A DNA stretch of 64,000 nt from an uncultured Acidimicrobiales bacterium (GTDB lineage: Bacteria; Actinomycetota; Acidimicrobiia; Acidimicrobiales; UBA8190): contig CAWCEP010000010.1 in the NCBI GenBank assembly GCA_963794615.1, forward strand, positions 43,221-107,220, read 5' to 3'. Below, piece after piece: positions 9,125 through 19,382 of the stretch. The first letter of the stretch is position 1; the number at the start of each line of letters is the position of its first letter. Below the pieces are notes generated by a model. That model made no database searches, was not told the DNA's origin, and saw only the letters and a list, made by a program, of their open reading frames with translations. The translations under genes were made by a program, and so were the position numbers.

Positions 9125-9376
9125 AGGCTGAAGTCTACGTTCTCGGGGACAGCCGATGCCCTCGGGCGTTGCACACCCTGTGTTCGGGGATCTCGTGCGC
9201 CATACCAGGCCCCGAACGGCGCCCGAGTCCTGGCAGTACCGGTCGGCTCATCTGAGTCGGTCTATCCAAGTATCTGCGTCGTTATCGGATGGGTGCGAGA
9301 GACTGCTCTTCTCGGTTGAGACTTAGGTCGTGACAGACCAAGAGGTCTGGACAGCGCTCTGAGGTATCTCGTCGTC

Positions 9377-10159
9377 CTAAGTGAGTACCAGGAGATCCAC
9401 GCCCATGGGCTGTGGTCGCTGACCCTCGGCGATTGCTCGGTCGAGGCGGGCGAGCCCTTCGGCGAACGCAGCATCCGAAATCGGTGCCAGAACCGAATCG
9501 GTGTGCCGCATTGCTACGGCCCATTCGCGAAAGGGTTGAAGATCCTGCCAACGGTCTTCGTACACTCGGACGAGGGCGGTGTACGCAAACCCAGCCCCAG
9601 CGAAGGTCCCGACGACCTCCTCGACGGTTGGCCATGCTGCTGCCACAGCGGCAGCGGCCGGGAAGTGCCGAAACAGCTCCACCTCGGCCTGGAGATCTGG
9701 AAAGTTGTTGCGGATCAGGACAGAGGCACCGTCGCTCAGCACGCGGCGTAGCTCCAGCGCACAAAGCTCGATGTCAGTGAGATGGTGTACGACGGTCGAC
9801 AACCAAGCTCCCCTGCAGGTCGAATCACCAAGCGGCAACGCCTCGGCCTGGGCAGCTAGGTAGTGTGCGCTCTCCGGAAGACCGGCAGTCCTCCCCACTG
9901 ACCGCATACCAGTTGAGGGCTCGACGGCAAGGACCGGGACGTGGAACCAAACGGAGAACGCACGGGTCCAGATCCCAGTCCCAGCGCCCAGATCGAGGAG
10001 AGGTTTCTCGCTCTGAGGCACAAAACGCTCGATCTGGCGGCGCCAGGGCTCAAGAACCTCGACGGGAAGCCGACGCCCGGCTTCGTAGTGCTCGGCTTCG
10101 TGGTCGTAGTCGACGCGTGCCACTGAGCCAGCATGGCACCAAGGGCGACTTGTGGCCAT
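9377..10159 (-). CDS. class I SAM-dependent methyltransferase
   Basis: 'LLDLGAGTGIWTRAF' (motif I), 'VLAVEPSTGM' and 'LRRVLSDGASVLIRN'. The start is taken at 'MATSRPW' and is uncertain. Confidence 0.75.
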   Translation of the reverse strand: MATSRPWCHAGSVARVDYDHEAEHYEAGRRLPVEVLEPWRRQIERFVPQSEKPLLDLGAGTGIWTRAFSVWFHVPVLAVEPSTGMRSVGRTAGLPESAHYLAAQAEALPLGDSTCRGAWLSTVVHHLTDIELCALELRRVLSDGASVLIRNNFPDLQAEVELFRHFPAAAAVAAAWPTVEEVVGTFAGAGFAYTALVRVYEDRWQDLQPFREWAVAMRHTDSVLAPISDAAFAEGLARLDRAIAEGQRPQPMGVDLLVLT

Positions 10160-10454
10160 CCACGGGTCAGTTTGATTCTGAGGTGGATGAATCCTGACTC
10201 GGCAGGTCTCGGCAACAGCACTCCGGATCGGCACATAGAGCCATGCGAACCCCGCGATCGACCACGCAGCCACAATCGGCGCAGGTCATGTTCACGATTC
10301 GGCTCCTTGTCGGAGAGGTGAGCCAAAGGTGTTCGGCACTCCCAAGAAGTTACCTCCTCAGTCGAGCAACCCGGCGACCTCCCACACGGGCCTAGCAGGG
10401 TGTCTGGTTCCTCTCGTTGCGATCCGATGATCTGGGTGCGGCAGACTGGGTTCC

Positions 10455-10850
10455 GTGCGTAAGCAGTACCACCTCTGGCCTGGAGAGAAGGGCCTGGACG
10501 CATGGGACATCGACAAGCTGATCCGGCGCAGTGCGGGACTCCCGGTCCGAGAGGTCCCGCTCGATACCCTTCGTGACGTGGACACGGACTACTGGTTCAA
10601 GGGAAGCATGGAGGTGGCCACCGTTCGGAAGGTGGTCGAGCACATCCGGCTCATCCAAGAGGTCGACCCCTCGTACCCAATCATCCTCGGCGTCGATGGT
10701 CGAGTGATGGACGGAATGCACAGGATCGCCCGTGCGCTGCTTGAAGGCCGCTCCGCCATCGCCGCGGTGCAGTTCCAGTTCCAGCCAGAACCGGACTACC
10801 GGAACTGCCGACCGAAGGATCTTCCCTACGATGAGGAGAGCGCACGATAG
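10455..10850 (+). CDS. ParB/sulfiredoxin-fold (ParB-like nuclease domain) small protein
   Basis: 'PIILGVDGRVMDGMHRIARALLEG' resembles the DGxHR motif of ParB/Srx-fold proteins. 131 aa. Confidence 0.5.
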   Translation: MRKQYHLWPGEKGLDAWDIDKLIRRSAGLPVREVPLDTLRDVDTDYWFKGSMEVATVRKVVEHIRLIQEVDPSYPIILGVDGRVMDGMHRIARALLEGRSAIAAVQFQFQPEPDYRNCRPKDLPYDEESAR

Positions 10851-10963
10851 TCGGGGCTACTTCTCATCATCCCGGCGCCGTTGGGCGCCCGAGCCTCGGT
10901 GATCCCGACTACTGCAGTGGTCCTGATATTGGTTTTGGGACGGCGTCAATGAAGTCCTGTCCA

Positions 10964-11251
10964 TCACTTTGGCGCGTTTCGCTCGATCGCAGACCAGGCC
11001 ACGTCTGCTGGTGCCTTTGGTGGGGGGTCTCGCCGTTCAACGTCGTCTGCATTGCGGAGGTCGGCTCCCCAGCTTTCCTCGTTGTTCTCGCCGAGCCTGA
11101 CGGGTTCCACTGTGAACGGCCCGTCAGGTGCAGGATCTTGTCCTTCGACTTCACCGTCCCGAACGAGTGGAGTCGGTGTGCCGTCTGACATCCACCGCGC
11201 CTCATGCCGAGCGTATGGGTCCGTAAACCAACCTTCAAGGTTGTCGTTCAC
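10964..11251 (-). CDS. DUF2510-like small protein
   Basis: The N-terminal 'GWFTDPYARHEARWMSDGTPT' matches the GW[YF]xDP...RWWDG motif. The tail is acidic and Pro-rich. Confidence 0.5.
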   Translation of the reverse strand: MNDNLEGWFTDPYARHEARWMSDGTPTPLVRDGEVEGQDPAPDGPFTVEPVRLGENNEESWGADLRNADDVERRDPPPKAPADVAWSAIERNAPK

Positions 11252-11385
11252 AGCTGAACCCTACGACGTCACAGGTAGCAGCGCTCGCGGCGGCGGTCCG
11301 TCGACCTGGACCGGTGATCGATGATGACCATCCTGAGGGGTGCCCTGTAGCCGTCACGTTCGTGCGGTTTCGACGCCGCCTGCAT

Positions 11386-12336
11386 CTATGGCGTCTCGGC
11401 TGGGCATCCGACCTTCCCCGCCTCGATAGTTGCAATCCGCGACACCTGACCCGGTTGGTTCGGCTCGTATGTCAGCAATCCCTCCAGGAAGTAGCCATCC
11501 GAGGTCGTCACCATCCAGCTTCCACCTTGAGCCAGCGAAGTCTGAAGGCGCGATCCGTAGCTCTTTTGAGCTTGTGCCAGTGTGTCGCCAACCCGCACGC
11601 CATTCGCCGTTGCCAGAGTGGCTGTGGCAGGAGCTTGAGGACCGTGAGGAGGTGAGCTATAGCCGACGAACATTTGGTTTGAAAAGTAGGCCGTAGCGGA
11701 TGCCCAGTTGACGTAGTGGTCGATCTGGCATTCGCCGATCCCGCTCATGGCCGATGCGACCATCGGAGCGCCAAGGAGATCGTTGAGCGTCGAGATGGCG
11801 TCGTTCTCAACCTCGCCGAACATCACTGAACCGATGCCGTAACTCAGCAACGTGGGGTGCCTGGCTGGGGGACTCGGTCCTCCCAGTCGCTTGAGCGTCT
11901 CGGAGGCCACATTGTAGGAATACCTCGCTTGGTCCGACGCAGTTAGCTGGAGGATGTTCCCGGAAAACGAGGCAATCCTAAGCGCCCCATCCTCCCCGCC
12001 GAGTACGTCACCAGTTGCGAAAATGTTCGTCGCTGGCTGGACGGACTCGTAGACCTCGGTCAGATTGGAATCTCCAACGTGACCGGTCGCCAGAATGGCG
12101 GGCTCCGACCCGGCCCACACTCTGACGCTCTGCGCCTCGACCGTCCGAGTCCATGAGTTGATGGAGTTGATGTCAACGCTCGTTGGAGGGAGAGACGGAT
12201 GCTCGACAATGACCCCAGGTTGTTCTGTGGTCGAGGAGGCGCCAGTCATTGGCCTGGGACTGGATTCTCCGCAGCCCAGGAGCAGGAGGCCGAACACCGT
12301 TGCTATGAGTCCGAGTCGGGGCAGGACGACCCTCAT
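11386..12336 (-). CDS. lipoprotein, unknown function
   Basis: Signal peptide with lipobox 'LLLLGCGES'. The 316-aa mature part looks protein-like. Confidence 0.65.
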   Translation of the reverse strand: MRVVLPRLGLIATVFGLLLLGCGESSPRPMTGASSTTEQPGVIVEHPSLPPTSVDINSINSWTRTVEAQSVRVWAGSEPAILATGHVGDSNLTEVYESVQPATNIFATGDVLGGEDGALRIASFSGNILQLTASDQARYSYNVASETLKRLGGPSPPARHPTLLSYGIGSVMFGEVENDAISTLNDLLGAPMVASAMSGIGECQIDHYVNWASATAYFSNQMFVGYSSPPHGPQAPATATLATANGVRVGDTLAQAQKSYGSRLQTSLAQGGSWMVTTSDGYFLEGLLTYEPNQPGQVSRIATIEAGKVGCPAETP

Positions 12337-12579
12337 GGCTGACCTCCTGAGCAGTCAGTGTGCCACCACCCGCTGCCGCACGGTACATGCCGATTCGGAT
12401 GGAGGTCGGCCTGAAGGTTGGGCCCGTCCCAAACAGCTACAGAGTCGGGCATCTCGTGCGCCAGACCGACTCGGACCGGCGCTTGAGTCAGGGTGATCCC
12501 GCGTAGCCCGAGGGCACCAACGTTTCGGCATTGCAGGAGATGTTGGAAGGTCGGGCATCGAAACCGTTCCCAATCAGAG

Positions 12580-13212
12580 TCATTCTGAGAGTTCGTAGGT
12601 GACTGCGACCCTGCAACTCACGGTCAGGCTGCCAGGCTCGACCTGAAGGTGCGTGGCGGCGGAACCAGACGCTCTAGTTGCAAAGCCGAGATACGAAGGG
12701 TCTTTCGGTAAGGATCCCTCATCGATGGAAAGGGTCCGCCCCAAGCGACCTCCCGCTGCTTCTGCAAGCTCAGTCGCCCTGGTGCGAGCGTCTTCCATCG
12801 CAGCAACTCGTGCTTCCCGCTTCAGGGGTGTGGGATCGGCGATGGTGAGAAGGATGGCCCGAATCTGAAGGCCATCACCTGCCACGGAGACGAGGCCCGC
12901 GACATGGTCGTCCAACTTGGTCACCTGTCGAATGGTGATCTCGAGCTGGTAACTGGCCACTCTGGCCGTCACCATCTGCTTGCTGTGATCGAAGAAGTCC
13001 TGCACGTTGAGGCCGGTCGTTTGTAGATCGGCGGGGGCTAGACCCGTCGCTTTCAACGATTCAGCAACCTGCGCCGAGAGAATGCCAACACGGGAAAGCG
13101 CATCCGCCACGGTGTCTGCCATCACGTTCAGGGTTGCGTGGACGATGCAACGGTCGGGAACCCCAACGACCGCCCCCTCGCCTACTACCGACAACCGCGG
13201 ATGCTCGGCCAT
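12580..13212 (-). CDS. SIMPL/DUF541-family protein
   Basis: 'LSVVGEGAVVGVPDRCIVHATLNV...VASYQLEITIRQV...REARVAAMEDARTRATELAEAAG' is colinear with SIMPL (26-kDa periplasmic immunogenic protein) family members. Confidence 0.75.
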   Translation of the reverse strand: MAEHPRLSVVGEGAVVGVPDRCIVHATLNVMADTVADALSRVGILSAQVAESLKATGLAPADLQTTGLNVQDFFDHSKQMVTARVASYQLEITIRQVTKLDDHVAGLVSVAGDGLQIRAILLTIADPTPLKREARVAAMEDARTRATELAEAAGGRLGRTLSIDEGSLPKDPSYLGFATRASGSAATHLQVEPGSLTVSCRVAVTYELSE

Positions 13213-13430
13213 GCGAAACGGTAACCCTCCTGCGTGACAGGTTCAACGTCGGGTATCCGATAGATGGTTCGCCGACAGGGTTCGGCTCAACGGTGAGGGC
13301 GTAGCCGCCCCGGTAGTCGGGATCTCGTGCGCCCCACCGGCTCCGCCCGGCGGCCGAACCAAGGTGATGCCGGTAGCCGCCGGACACTAGTTACGATTCT
13401 CGGTGCGGCTGAGGGCAACGGGAGGTGACG

Positions 13431-13868
13431 ATGATGGTCGATGTGACAACGGAGGTCTTGATCGGACGAGCAGTCGACGTTGTGGCCTCGTATGCCGGTG
13501 ACCCGTCTAATGCACCCTCCTGGTACGAGAACATCAAGTGCATCGAGTGGAAGACCGAACCGCCTCTGCGGGTGGGATCCAGGGTGGCATTCGTCGCTCA
13601 CTTCCTTAGGCGGGAACTCGCTTACACCTACGAAATCGTTGATCTTGTCCCCAAAGAACGCCTTGTCATGCGGACCGCTGAAGGGCCATTCCCGATGGAG
13701 ACCACCTACACCTGGTCCTCCGTCGAGGGATCGACCCGCATGACCCTACGAAATCGAGGAGAGCCGTCAGGATTCTCCAAGCTGTCCGCACCCTTCATGG
13801 CCATGGCGATGAAGCGAGCCAACCGTAAGGATCTCGATCACTTGCGGACTCTCATCGAATCCATGTAA
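13431..13868 (+). CDS. SRPBCC-superfamily (polyketide cyclase/dehydrase-like) protein
   Basis: 'VDVTTEVLIGRAVDVVASYAGDPSNAPSWYENI...ELAYTYEIVDLVPKERLVMRTAEGPFPMETTYTW' follows the SRPBCC pattern. RBS 'gggagg' lies 6 nt upstream of ATG 13431. Confidence 0.8.
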   Translation: MMVDVTTEVLIGRAVDVVASYAGDPSNAPSWYENIKCIEWKTEPPLRVGSRVAFVAHFLRRELAYTYEIVDLVPKERLVMRTAEGPFPMETTYTWSSVEGSTRMTLRNRGEPSGFSKLSAPFMAMAMKRANRKDLDHLRTLIESM

Positions 13869-14534
13869 CCCGTCGGCGCTCATCTCTGGCTCAGGCGCAA
13901 GGTGCCAATGCGGTTGTCGCGCCCGTGGAAAATGTCTGATGACGGGCGTACCCTATGGCCATGTTCCAGCGTTGGCGATGGTCCCGCCGTCTTCGCCAGC
14001 GGGCGAAGCCGCTCCACAGCCGTTGCCCAACCTGCTGGATTGGCGTGCTCCTGGCCCCGACCAACCCCGTTCCGGACGGTTACGAGTCCCGTTGTCGTCC
14101 CCAGGCGCATGAGCTACGGCCCTACGGCAAGGTGGAGTTGATCATTCCCCCCGTTGGTTCTCAGGACCGGCGAGGGCTGAGTCATTTGCCCTCATGTGGG
14201 CTGCTACATCGTTCGGGCCTGGGACGGGGGATGGGAGCGATTGGAGGAGCTTCCAGAAGGATGTATTCCGTCATCGAACTCTGCGATCGGTACTCTCAGA
14301 CTCCAGCCTGAAGATCCGTACTGACGTGAAAGTGCAACGCTTGGCGACTCCGATCGAGACGCGTGGTCCCGTCACCCGGGGACAATGTGCCGATACCGGT
14401 TATGGCGCCCGGGGTGCGATGGCCGCCAACCCTGCCGATTGTTTGGCCTTCGGTCAGGGCTGGTGGGCGTTGTTTGTCGTGCCAAGGGACGTACGCTTAG
14501 GCCGTCCTTCGCCTCTCAGTTGAAGGAGCATCAG

Positions 14535-14744
14535 ATGAACGAGACCGAAGACCGAATCCGAAGCGAGAACGCCGAGCTTCGTCGCCTCCTGAAGAAGCAC
14601 CAGTGGGGTGGACTGACGCCAACAGGTTCCAACGGATGTTGCCCCGAATGCTCGGGAGCGGCGCCCCCTTTCGGGAGTGGTCATCGTTCGGGCTGCGCCA
14701 TTGCGGCAGCGTTGGACGAAGCATCAAAAGCCGAGCCAGACTGA
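14535..14744 (+). CDS. small Cys-containing hypothetical protein (69 aa)
   Basis: Strong RBS 'gaaggag' 6 nt upstream of the ATG. 'MNETEDRIRSENAELRRLLKKHQW...CCPECSG...GCAIAAAL'. Confidence 0.5.
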   Translation: MNETEDRIRSENAELRRLLKKHQWGGLTPTGSNGCCPECSGAAPPFGSGHRSGCAIAAALDEASKAEPD

Positions 14745-14870
14745 TCAACTCGCAGAGGGGGACCGGGCTGATTCCGACCGACCTGGGTGGCCATCCCGGC
14801 CTCGTGCAGCACCGTCAACTGTACGGCAGGGAGCGGTTGATGTTCCGATGGAGGACTCACATACTGACGT

Positions 14871-15221
14871 ATGCGACTGGGCGCTGTGGCGCGCAGAGTT
14901 CTGACCGCGGGTTGCGGGGGGCTGTTCTTATTGGCCTGTGGAAACGGGTCGGGCTCCATCGTTGGGTCCGTATTGGTCGAAAGTCCACAGGCGGGATGGC
15001 AAGTCCCAGGCGTTACTGTGACGGTGGAACTGAGGTCGGGTTATCGTGTTGTGGCGAGCGAGCCAGTCCAACCGCATCAACAGTTTCATTTCAACGAGCC
15101 GTCAGGTAACTACGACCTGGCAGCGGTTGGGATCCGAAACTGCTCTCAAGCGACAACGATCCGTTCGGGAACGTCGATCACCCACGATCTGAGGTGCGTC
15201 CCGGCACCAGCAGCCGGTTAA
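14871..15221 (+). CDS. small lipoprotein
   Basis: Lipobox 'LFLLACGNG'. The beta-rich mature part is 'VTVTVELRSGYRVVASEP'. Confidence 0.55.
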   Translation: MRLGAVARRVLTAGCGGLFLLACGNGSGSIVGSVLVESPQAGWQVPGVTVTVELRSGYRVVASEPVQPHQQFHFNEPSGNYDLAAVGIRNCSQATTIRSGTSITHDLRCVPAPAAG

Positions 15222-15702
15222 CCGCAAGGTGGCCATGCGGGAAGTGCTACGGCCTGGTCCCGGTCGACCCGACCACTTGAGCACAACCAAGGACCATGCC
15301 GGCCACGCACACTCGGGGGATCTCGCGTCCTATGGCCGGCTCAGACGGGGCGACCAAGTCGGGTGTTCCCGACCGGTGCGGAGTTGAGTGCCCTTGCTCT
15401 GGCGAGGCGATCCGAACCCGAGCGGGTGCCGGGTCACCACAACTTTCGTGTGACCCCGCGACCCACCTGCTTCCACCACGAGCGTGGTCCCGTGATTCGA
15501 CTGCGTGTGCCGGACCCGTCGGCGAGGCGACCAAGTCCTCGATCAATCCTTCAGGAGGAAGCAAAACTTTCTCCTGGGGGCTCGCAGCCTGCGAGGTGTG
15601 AGGTGGAGTGCTTGTCCTACGAGCCTTGGTCCGGAGACTGCGACGGCCTGCCGAGCCCATACCCTCCGTCTCTCATTCAGGCCATTCCTACCGTCGTCAG
15701 AG

Positions 15703-16083
15703 TCAAAGGTTCTCGGCCAGCACCTCTATCGCCATCAGTAGTCCGGATTTCGCAACGTCCACGGCGTTGGTTTCATCGGGGAAGTCATCCTCGTTGGGAA
15801 GCTCCTCCCCGGCCACCAAGGCGTCGACATCCATTTCATCATCCTGGGCAACCGTGAGAAGACGCCCGTCAAAGTCGTACGGGATGCCGTTCTCATTGAG
15901 AGCGATCATGAGCGTCTCGCGTTGTTCTTCTGTCCAGGAACCGAGGTCGTAGGTCACATCGCCTGATTCATACTTCGGTCCGAACGGATCCCAGGCGGAA
16001 TCCGAAGGTGGTGGCACGCCCCAGTCGTGTACCTCGGAGGCTCCCCAGTCGTTGGTCGGGCGATCGCTTGGCACCAACACCAA
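15703..16083 (-). CDS. acidic hypothetical protein
   Basis: 126 aa. 'WTEEQRETLMIALNENGIPYDFDGRLLTVAQDDEMDVDALV' is a motif I recall from actinobacterial hypothetical proteins, but I cannot name a family. Confidence 0.5.
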   Translation of the reverse strand: MVLVPSDRPTNDWGASEVHDWGVPPPSDSAWDPFGPKYESGDVTYDLGSWTEEQRETLMIALNENGIPYDFDGRLLTVAQDDEMDVDALVAGEELPNEDDFPDETNAVDVAKSGLLMAIEVLAENL

Positions 16084-16301
16084 GAATATGCGTCATCGGG
16101 CAGCTACGAGAGGCGCGGCACCGTCTTCTGGATTGACCTACCCCGGGCTAGGTCGAGCGCTCCAAGCGTGAAGTGCGACCGTGGGTCGCAAATGGAAATA
16201 TCTCCCCGATCGATTCAGAGGCGACTGCCCGGGTTCGGAGCCACCGAGATCGAGCAACACGGCATCGGGTCAGCCCTAGCCCGTTGTGAAATGCTTGGAT
16301 C

Positions 16302-16862
16302 GTGGTCCGTTGGGGTTCCTCAGTAACGCTGTTCCTTCTCGTCTCAGCCCTGATCTCAGGCTGCTCCACAGGGGCTCCTGGCGTGGTGTCCAGTTCGGAT
16401 CTCCCCTCTAGCTGGGGTCTTCAGAGGACAACTGCGACCGTCCCTCGGTCCTTGATGTCGACCATGGCCCAGGGACCATTTGGCTGTCACGGCCCTGACT
16501 TGGTTCTGTTCGCACCTCCTGGCAAGCCGTACTTCGCCTTGAGCGCCTCCATCCGGACTCCCTACCGGGAGGTCAACTCGTCGGAATCAGCCTGCGGAAG
16601 CAAGGCAAATGCCAACCGTGTCTTCGACCAGATCACTGGCGGGTCACGACCAGTGCCGAGCGAGTTCGTGTCGAACATTCCTGGGATAGGTGACGACGCT
16701 CGTCTCATTTCCTTCAAGAATGCATTCGGGCGAACCGACGCCATCTACTGGCGTGCCGGTCAGGATCTCGGCATCGTCAGCGTTGCGGGGCCACCAGACG
16801 ACAGTCGCATCAATCGTGCCGTGGCCGAAGAACTTGCGAGAAAGGCCGTTGACGGTTCGTAG
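16302..16862 (+). CDS. lipoprotein, paralogue 1 of a tandem pair
   Basis: Lipobox 'LISGCSTG'. The C-terminal 'IPGIGDDARLISF...IYWRAGQDLGIVSVAGPPDDSRINRAVAEELARKAV' parallels the next gene. Confidence 0.65.
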   Translation: MVRWGSSVTLFLLVSALISGCSTGAPGVVSSSDLPSSWGLQRTTATVPRSLMSTMAQGPFGCHGPDLVLFAPPGKPYFALSASIRTPYREVNSSESACGSKANANRVFDQITGGSRPVPSEFVSNIPGIGDDARLISFKNAFGRTDAIYWRAGQDLGIVSVAGPPDDSRINRAVAEELARKAVDGS

Positions 16863-16872
16863 CTTCCGGCCC

Positions 16873-17416
16873 GTGGCATGGCTGATCGTCGCCCTCACTG
16901 CGGCAGTGATCCTGTCGGCCTGCGGTAGCTCTCCAACCCCGGGCGTGCTCACTAAGTCCGACATCCCGAGCTACCTGGGGGTGAAATACAACCCGTCTGA
17001 GTCCGCATCGGAAGCGTATCTGCGCGCCGCGCCCTGCAAGACCGCTGCAGCTGTCGTCTTCGAACTTGACGAAACCGTCTTTGAATACCAACATCAGCAG
17101 ACCGTATTTGCACACCATCATCAGCGTTGCGGTGTCCTGTGTCAGCGTCTCTCAAGCTCGGAAGTATTTCAACATGCACAAAGTCGGCGCTCGGGGGTAC
17201 CCGCTCCCTGGAGTCGAGGGCCACTCGGTCTCTGGGATGGGTGACGAAGCATGGTTGGTCGACTCCGGTATTGATACCGACTTACGTGATTACACCATCG
17301 GATGGCGCCAGGACGACCGAGTTGACTTTGTCAGTGTTCAGGGTGCGTCGATCGACAAGACCATCACACCAGCGTTGGTCGAGTTGCTGGCTCGTAGGGT
17401 GGCGGCGAGGTCGTGA
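16873..17416 (+). pseudogene. lipoprotein paralogue 2, reading frame broken
   Basis: The N-terminal part is in frame 1 ('VAWLIVALTAAVILSACGSSPTPGVLTKSDIPSYLG'). The C-terminal part is in frame 2 ('VSGMGDEAWLVDS...TIGWRQDDRVDFVSVQGASIDKTITPALVELLARRV'). The switch lies near nt 17,090-17,125. Confidence 0.45.
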
Positions 17417-17545
17417 CGTTACAGGCATGATTTGTCACCCGAGGAGCACAACAGGCCGAGGCCAGGCAAAGTTCCCTGAGTCTGGCGCACCTCTCCCTGG
17501 TAGCTTTGTCGTGGCGCATGTCGTGTTCATGAGACGGGGTTGTCA

Positions 17546-17845
17546 ATGCCAATCGGAGTGCGGATCGATCTCCCCGGTGCCACGCTGGAGTGGTACGACG
17601 AGGTCATTGCGAATGCCGGATTCCTTCCCGGTGGACCGCTCCCGACGGATGCTCTATCCCACTGGGTCACCACCACGGAAGATGGCATCTGCATCGTTGA
17701 AGTGTGGGAATCACGGGAAGCATTTGAGAGCAACGCGGAGCGAAGACGGGCTCAGATCGTCGGCGAACTTGGCCTTCCCGCTGATTCTTCAGTCGAGTTC
17801 TTTGAGATCCACAACTACCTTCCTGGTAGGTCACAACGAGCTTGA
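17546..17845 (+). CDS. small ABM/Dabb-like hypothetical protein, paralogue family member 2
   Basis: 'MPIGVRIDLPGATLEWYDEVIANAGFLPGGPLPTDALSHWVTTTEDGICIVEVWESREAFE...FFEIHNYLPG' is colinear with 2668..2967. Confidence 0.65.
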   Translation: MPIGVRIDLPGATLEWYDEVIANAGFLPGGPLPTDALSHWVTTTEDGICIVEVWESREAFESNAERRRAQIVGELGLPADSSVEFFEIHNYLPGRSQRA

Positions 17846-18406
17846 GCGAGGCCCGATCTGTCGTCTGACGACGTTTGCTGGGTGCGAGCCACGCCACGAT
17901 GACGGCTGAACAGCCCTATCGGCCAAGTGTCAGGGTGCGGCACTCGGCAGGGTCTGGGCCGAGCTTGGGAGTGTGCCCCTGCCCCCTCGTCGCCGGTTGG
18001 GAGTGTCATGCTTTGGCGACCAGCGCTATCCATTGTCCCATGTTGCGTTTTCCTGGGAAGTGAGCGTGCGGCGCGGGACGTCGGGTCAACGGCGTCATCA
18101 CCCTGTCGATTCGTCGTCTCGCCTTCATTGCCGCCGTGGACACGCCCAACCTCTGGGCATACCGTTGGTGTCGAGGTGGACGGGGGCAGCCGCCGCGATG
18201 GGGGGCAGGGACGCTTAGCCCAGTTCCTGCGCCCTCGTGGCGTTCGGGACGAAGGACCCTGGGAGCGGGATCACGCTGGGGGTAGCGTCACTCTTGGCCG
18301 ATCCCAAGGCGTACCCCCACGGTTCGGGATCGGCTGACGGGGTGCAGGCGACCCATCGAACGGCCATTGGCGGGGCGTTCGACAGCGAATCTGCACCCCG
18401 TCGCCT

Positions 18407-18607
18407 TTAACGTCGGTCTGCCACCCTGACCGCATGTCTAGAACAGAAGTCCTGGCCCTCCGGATCGGTCGTCCAGCCCTTCACCCACGCCCGGTGTTGG
18501 ATGATGTCGTCCACGGGCGGCAGGGACCTCTCGATGGGGCTGGAAACCACCAGGGCGCTCCAGCAGCCGTCGAAGTCGCACAGGATCGCACGGCGCCGCA
18601 AGGTCAC
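18407..18607 (-). CDS. small hypothetical protein
   Basis: 66-aa ORF 'MTLRRRAILCDFDGCWSALVVSSPIERSLPPVDDIIQHRAWVKGWTTDPEGQDFCSRH'. I recognise no family. Confidence 0.3.
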   Translation of the reverse strand: MTLRRRAILCDFDGCWSALVVSSPIERSLPPVDDIIQHRAWVKGWTTDPEGQDFCSRHAVRVADRR

Positions 18608-18808
18608 CGCACTCCACCGTAGGCCCCCCCGCTGCTGTAGCTGGTGCCGGGTTCCGGTTCATGTCATGTCCCAAGCCAGATGAGCAGGCACCTGAGTACT
18701 TTGCCTGCCGTGGGCTCGCGCTCCGGTGCCGCAACGTTCCCTCCGAGGAGCGCCTTTGTGACAAAGGACCCTGGTCCCGATTCCTGCTTGCCCTCATCAT
18801 TTGATTCT

Positions 18809-19042
18809 GTGTCGGAGCATGCCGAGGCCGAAACTGACCGCGAGCTGGTCGACGTTGTGTGGCGGCGATTCGGCCTCCACGTCTTCCTCACCTACGCCGA
18901 AGGCGACCGTGAGCACCTAACGGGGGATCTCGTCTTCGCCCTGGACATGGCACAGGACGCCGGACTGAGGATCCTCGACTCATCGGCCGCCACTGCCCAT
19001 TGGGTGAAGGACCCTGCGGCTTCCCCATCGGCGCAGGTTTAA
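18809..19042 (+). CDS. small hypothetical protein
   Basis: Only the C-terminal part of track ORF 18644..19042 looks protein-like ('ELVDVVWRRFGLHVFLTYAEGDREHLTGDLVFALDMAQDAGLRILD'). The GTG start at 18809 is a guess. Confidence 0.3.
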   Translation: MSEHAEAETDRELVDVVWRRFGLHVFLTYAEGDREHLTGDLVFALDMAQDAGLRILDSSAATAHWVKDPAASPSAQV

Positions 19043-19066
19043 GGTATCTACGTCGACCTCGCCCCG

Positions 19067-19252
19067 ATGAACACCGAGCGACAGATCGTCAGCATTGTCT
19101 GGTATCCGTACCGGCCCGACTGGTACGAACTGGACTATGCCGACGGCGCGTCGACGCGAATCCCAGGTACTCAGGTTGATGCCGCCGCTCTGGCTCAAGC
19201 TAGCGGGATGAAGCTCGTCCCCACCCGGGACGGCACAGTCCGATGGACATGA
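19067..19252 (+). CDS. small hypothetical protein (61 aa)
   Basis: 'MNTERQIVSIVWYPYRPDWYELDYADGASTRIPG...'. It is compact and protein-like, with no recognisable family. Confidence 0.4.
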   Translation: MNTERQIVSIVWYPYRPDWYELDYADGASTRIPGTQVDAAALAQASGMKLVPTRDGTVRWT

Positions 19253-19382
19253 ATAGGAACGTGCCAATCGAGATGGGGTGCGGCGACGCTCTTGTGGTCA
19301 CATGGTCGTGCTCCTGGCACGTCAGGCAGGAGCGAGGTCGTAGCGTGGCGCCACCGTCTCCGTAGTGGCACGATCATGAACG

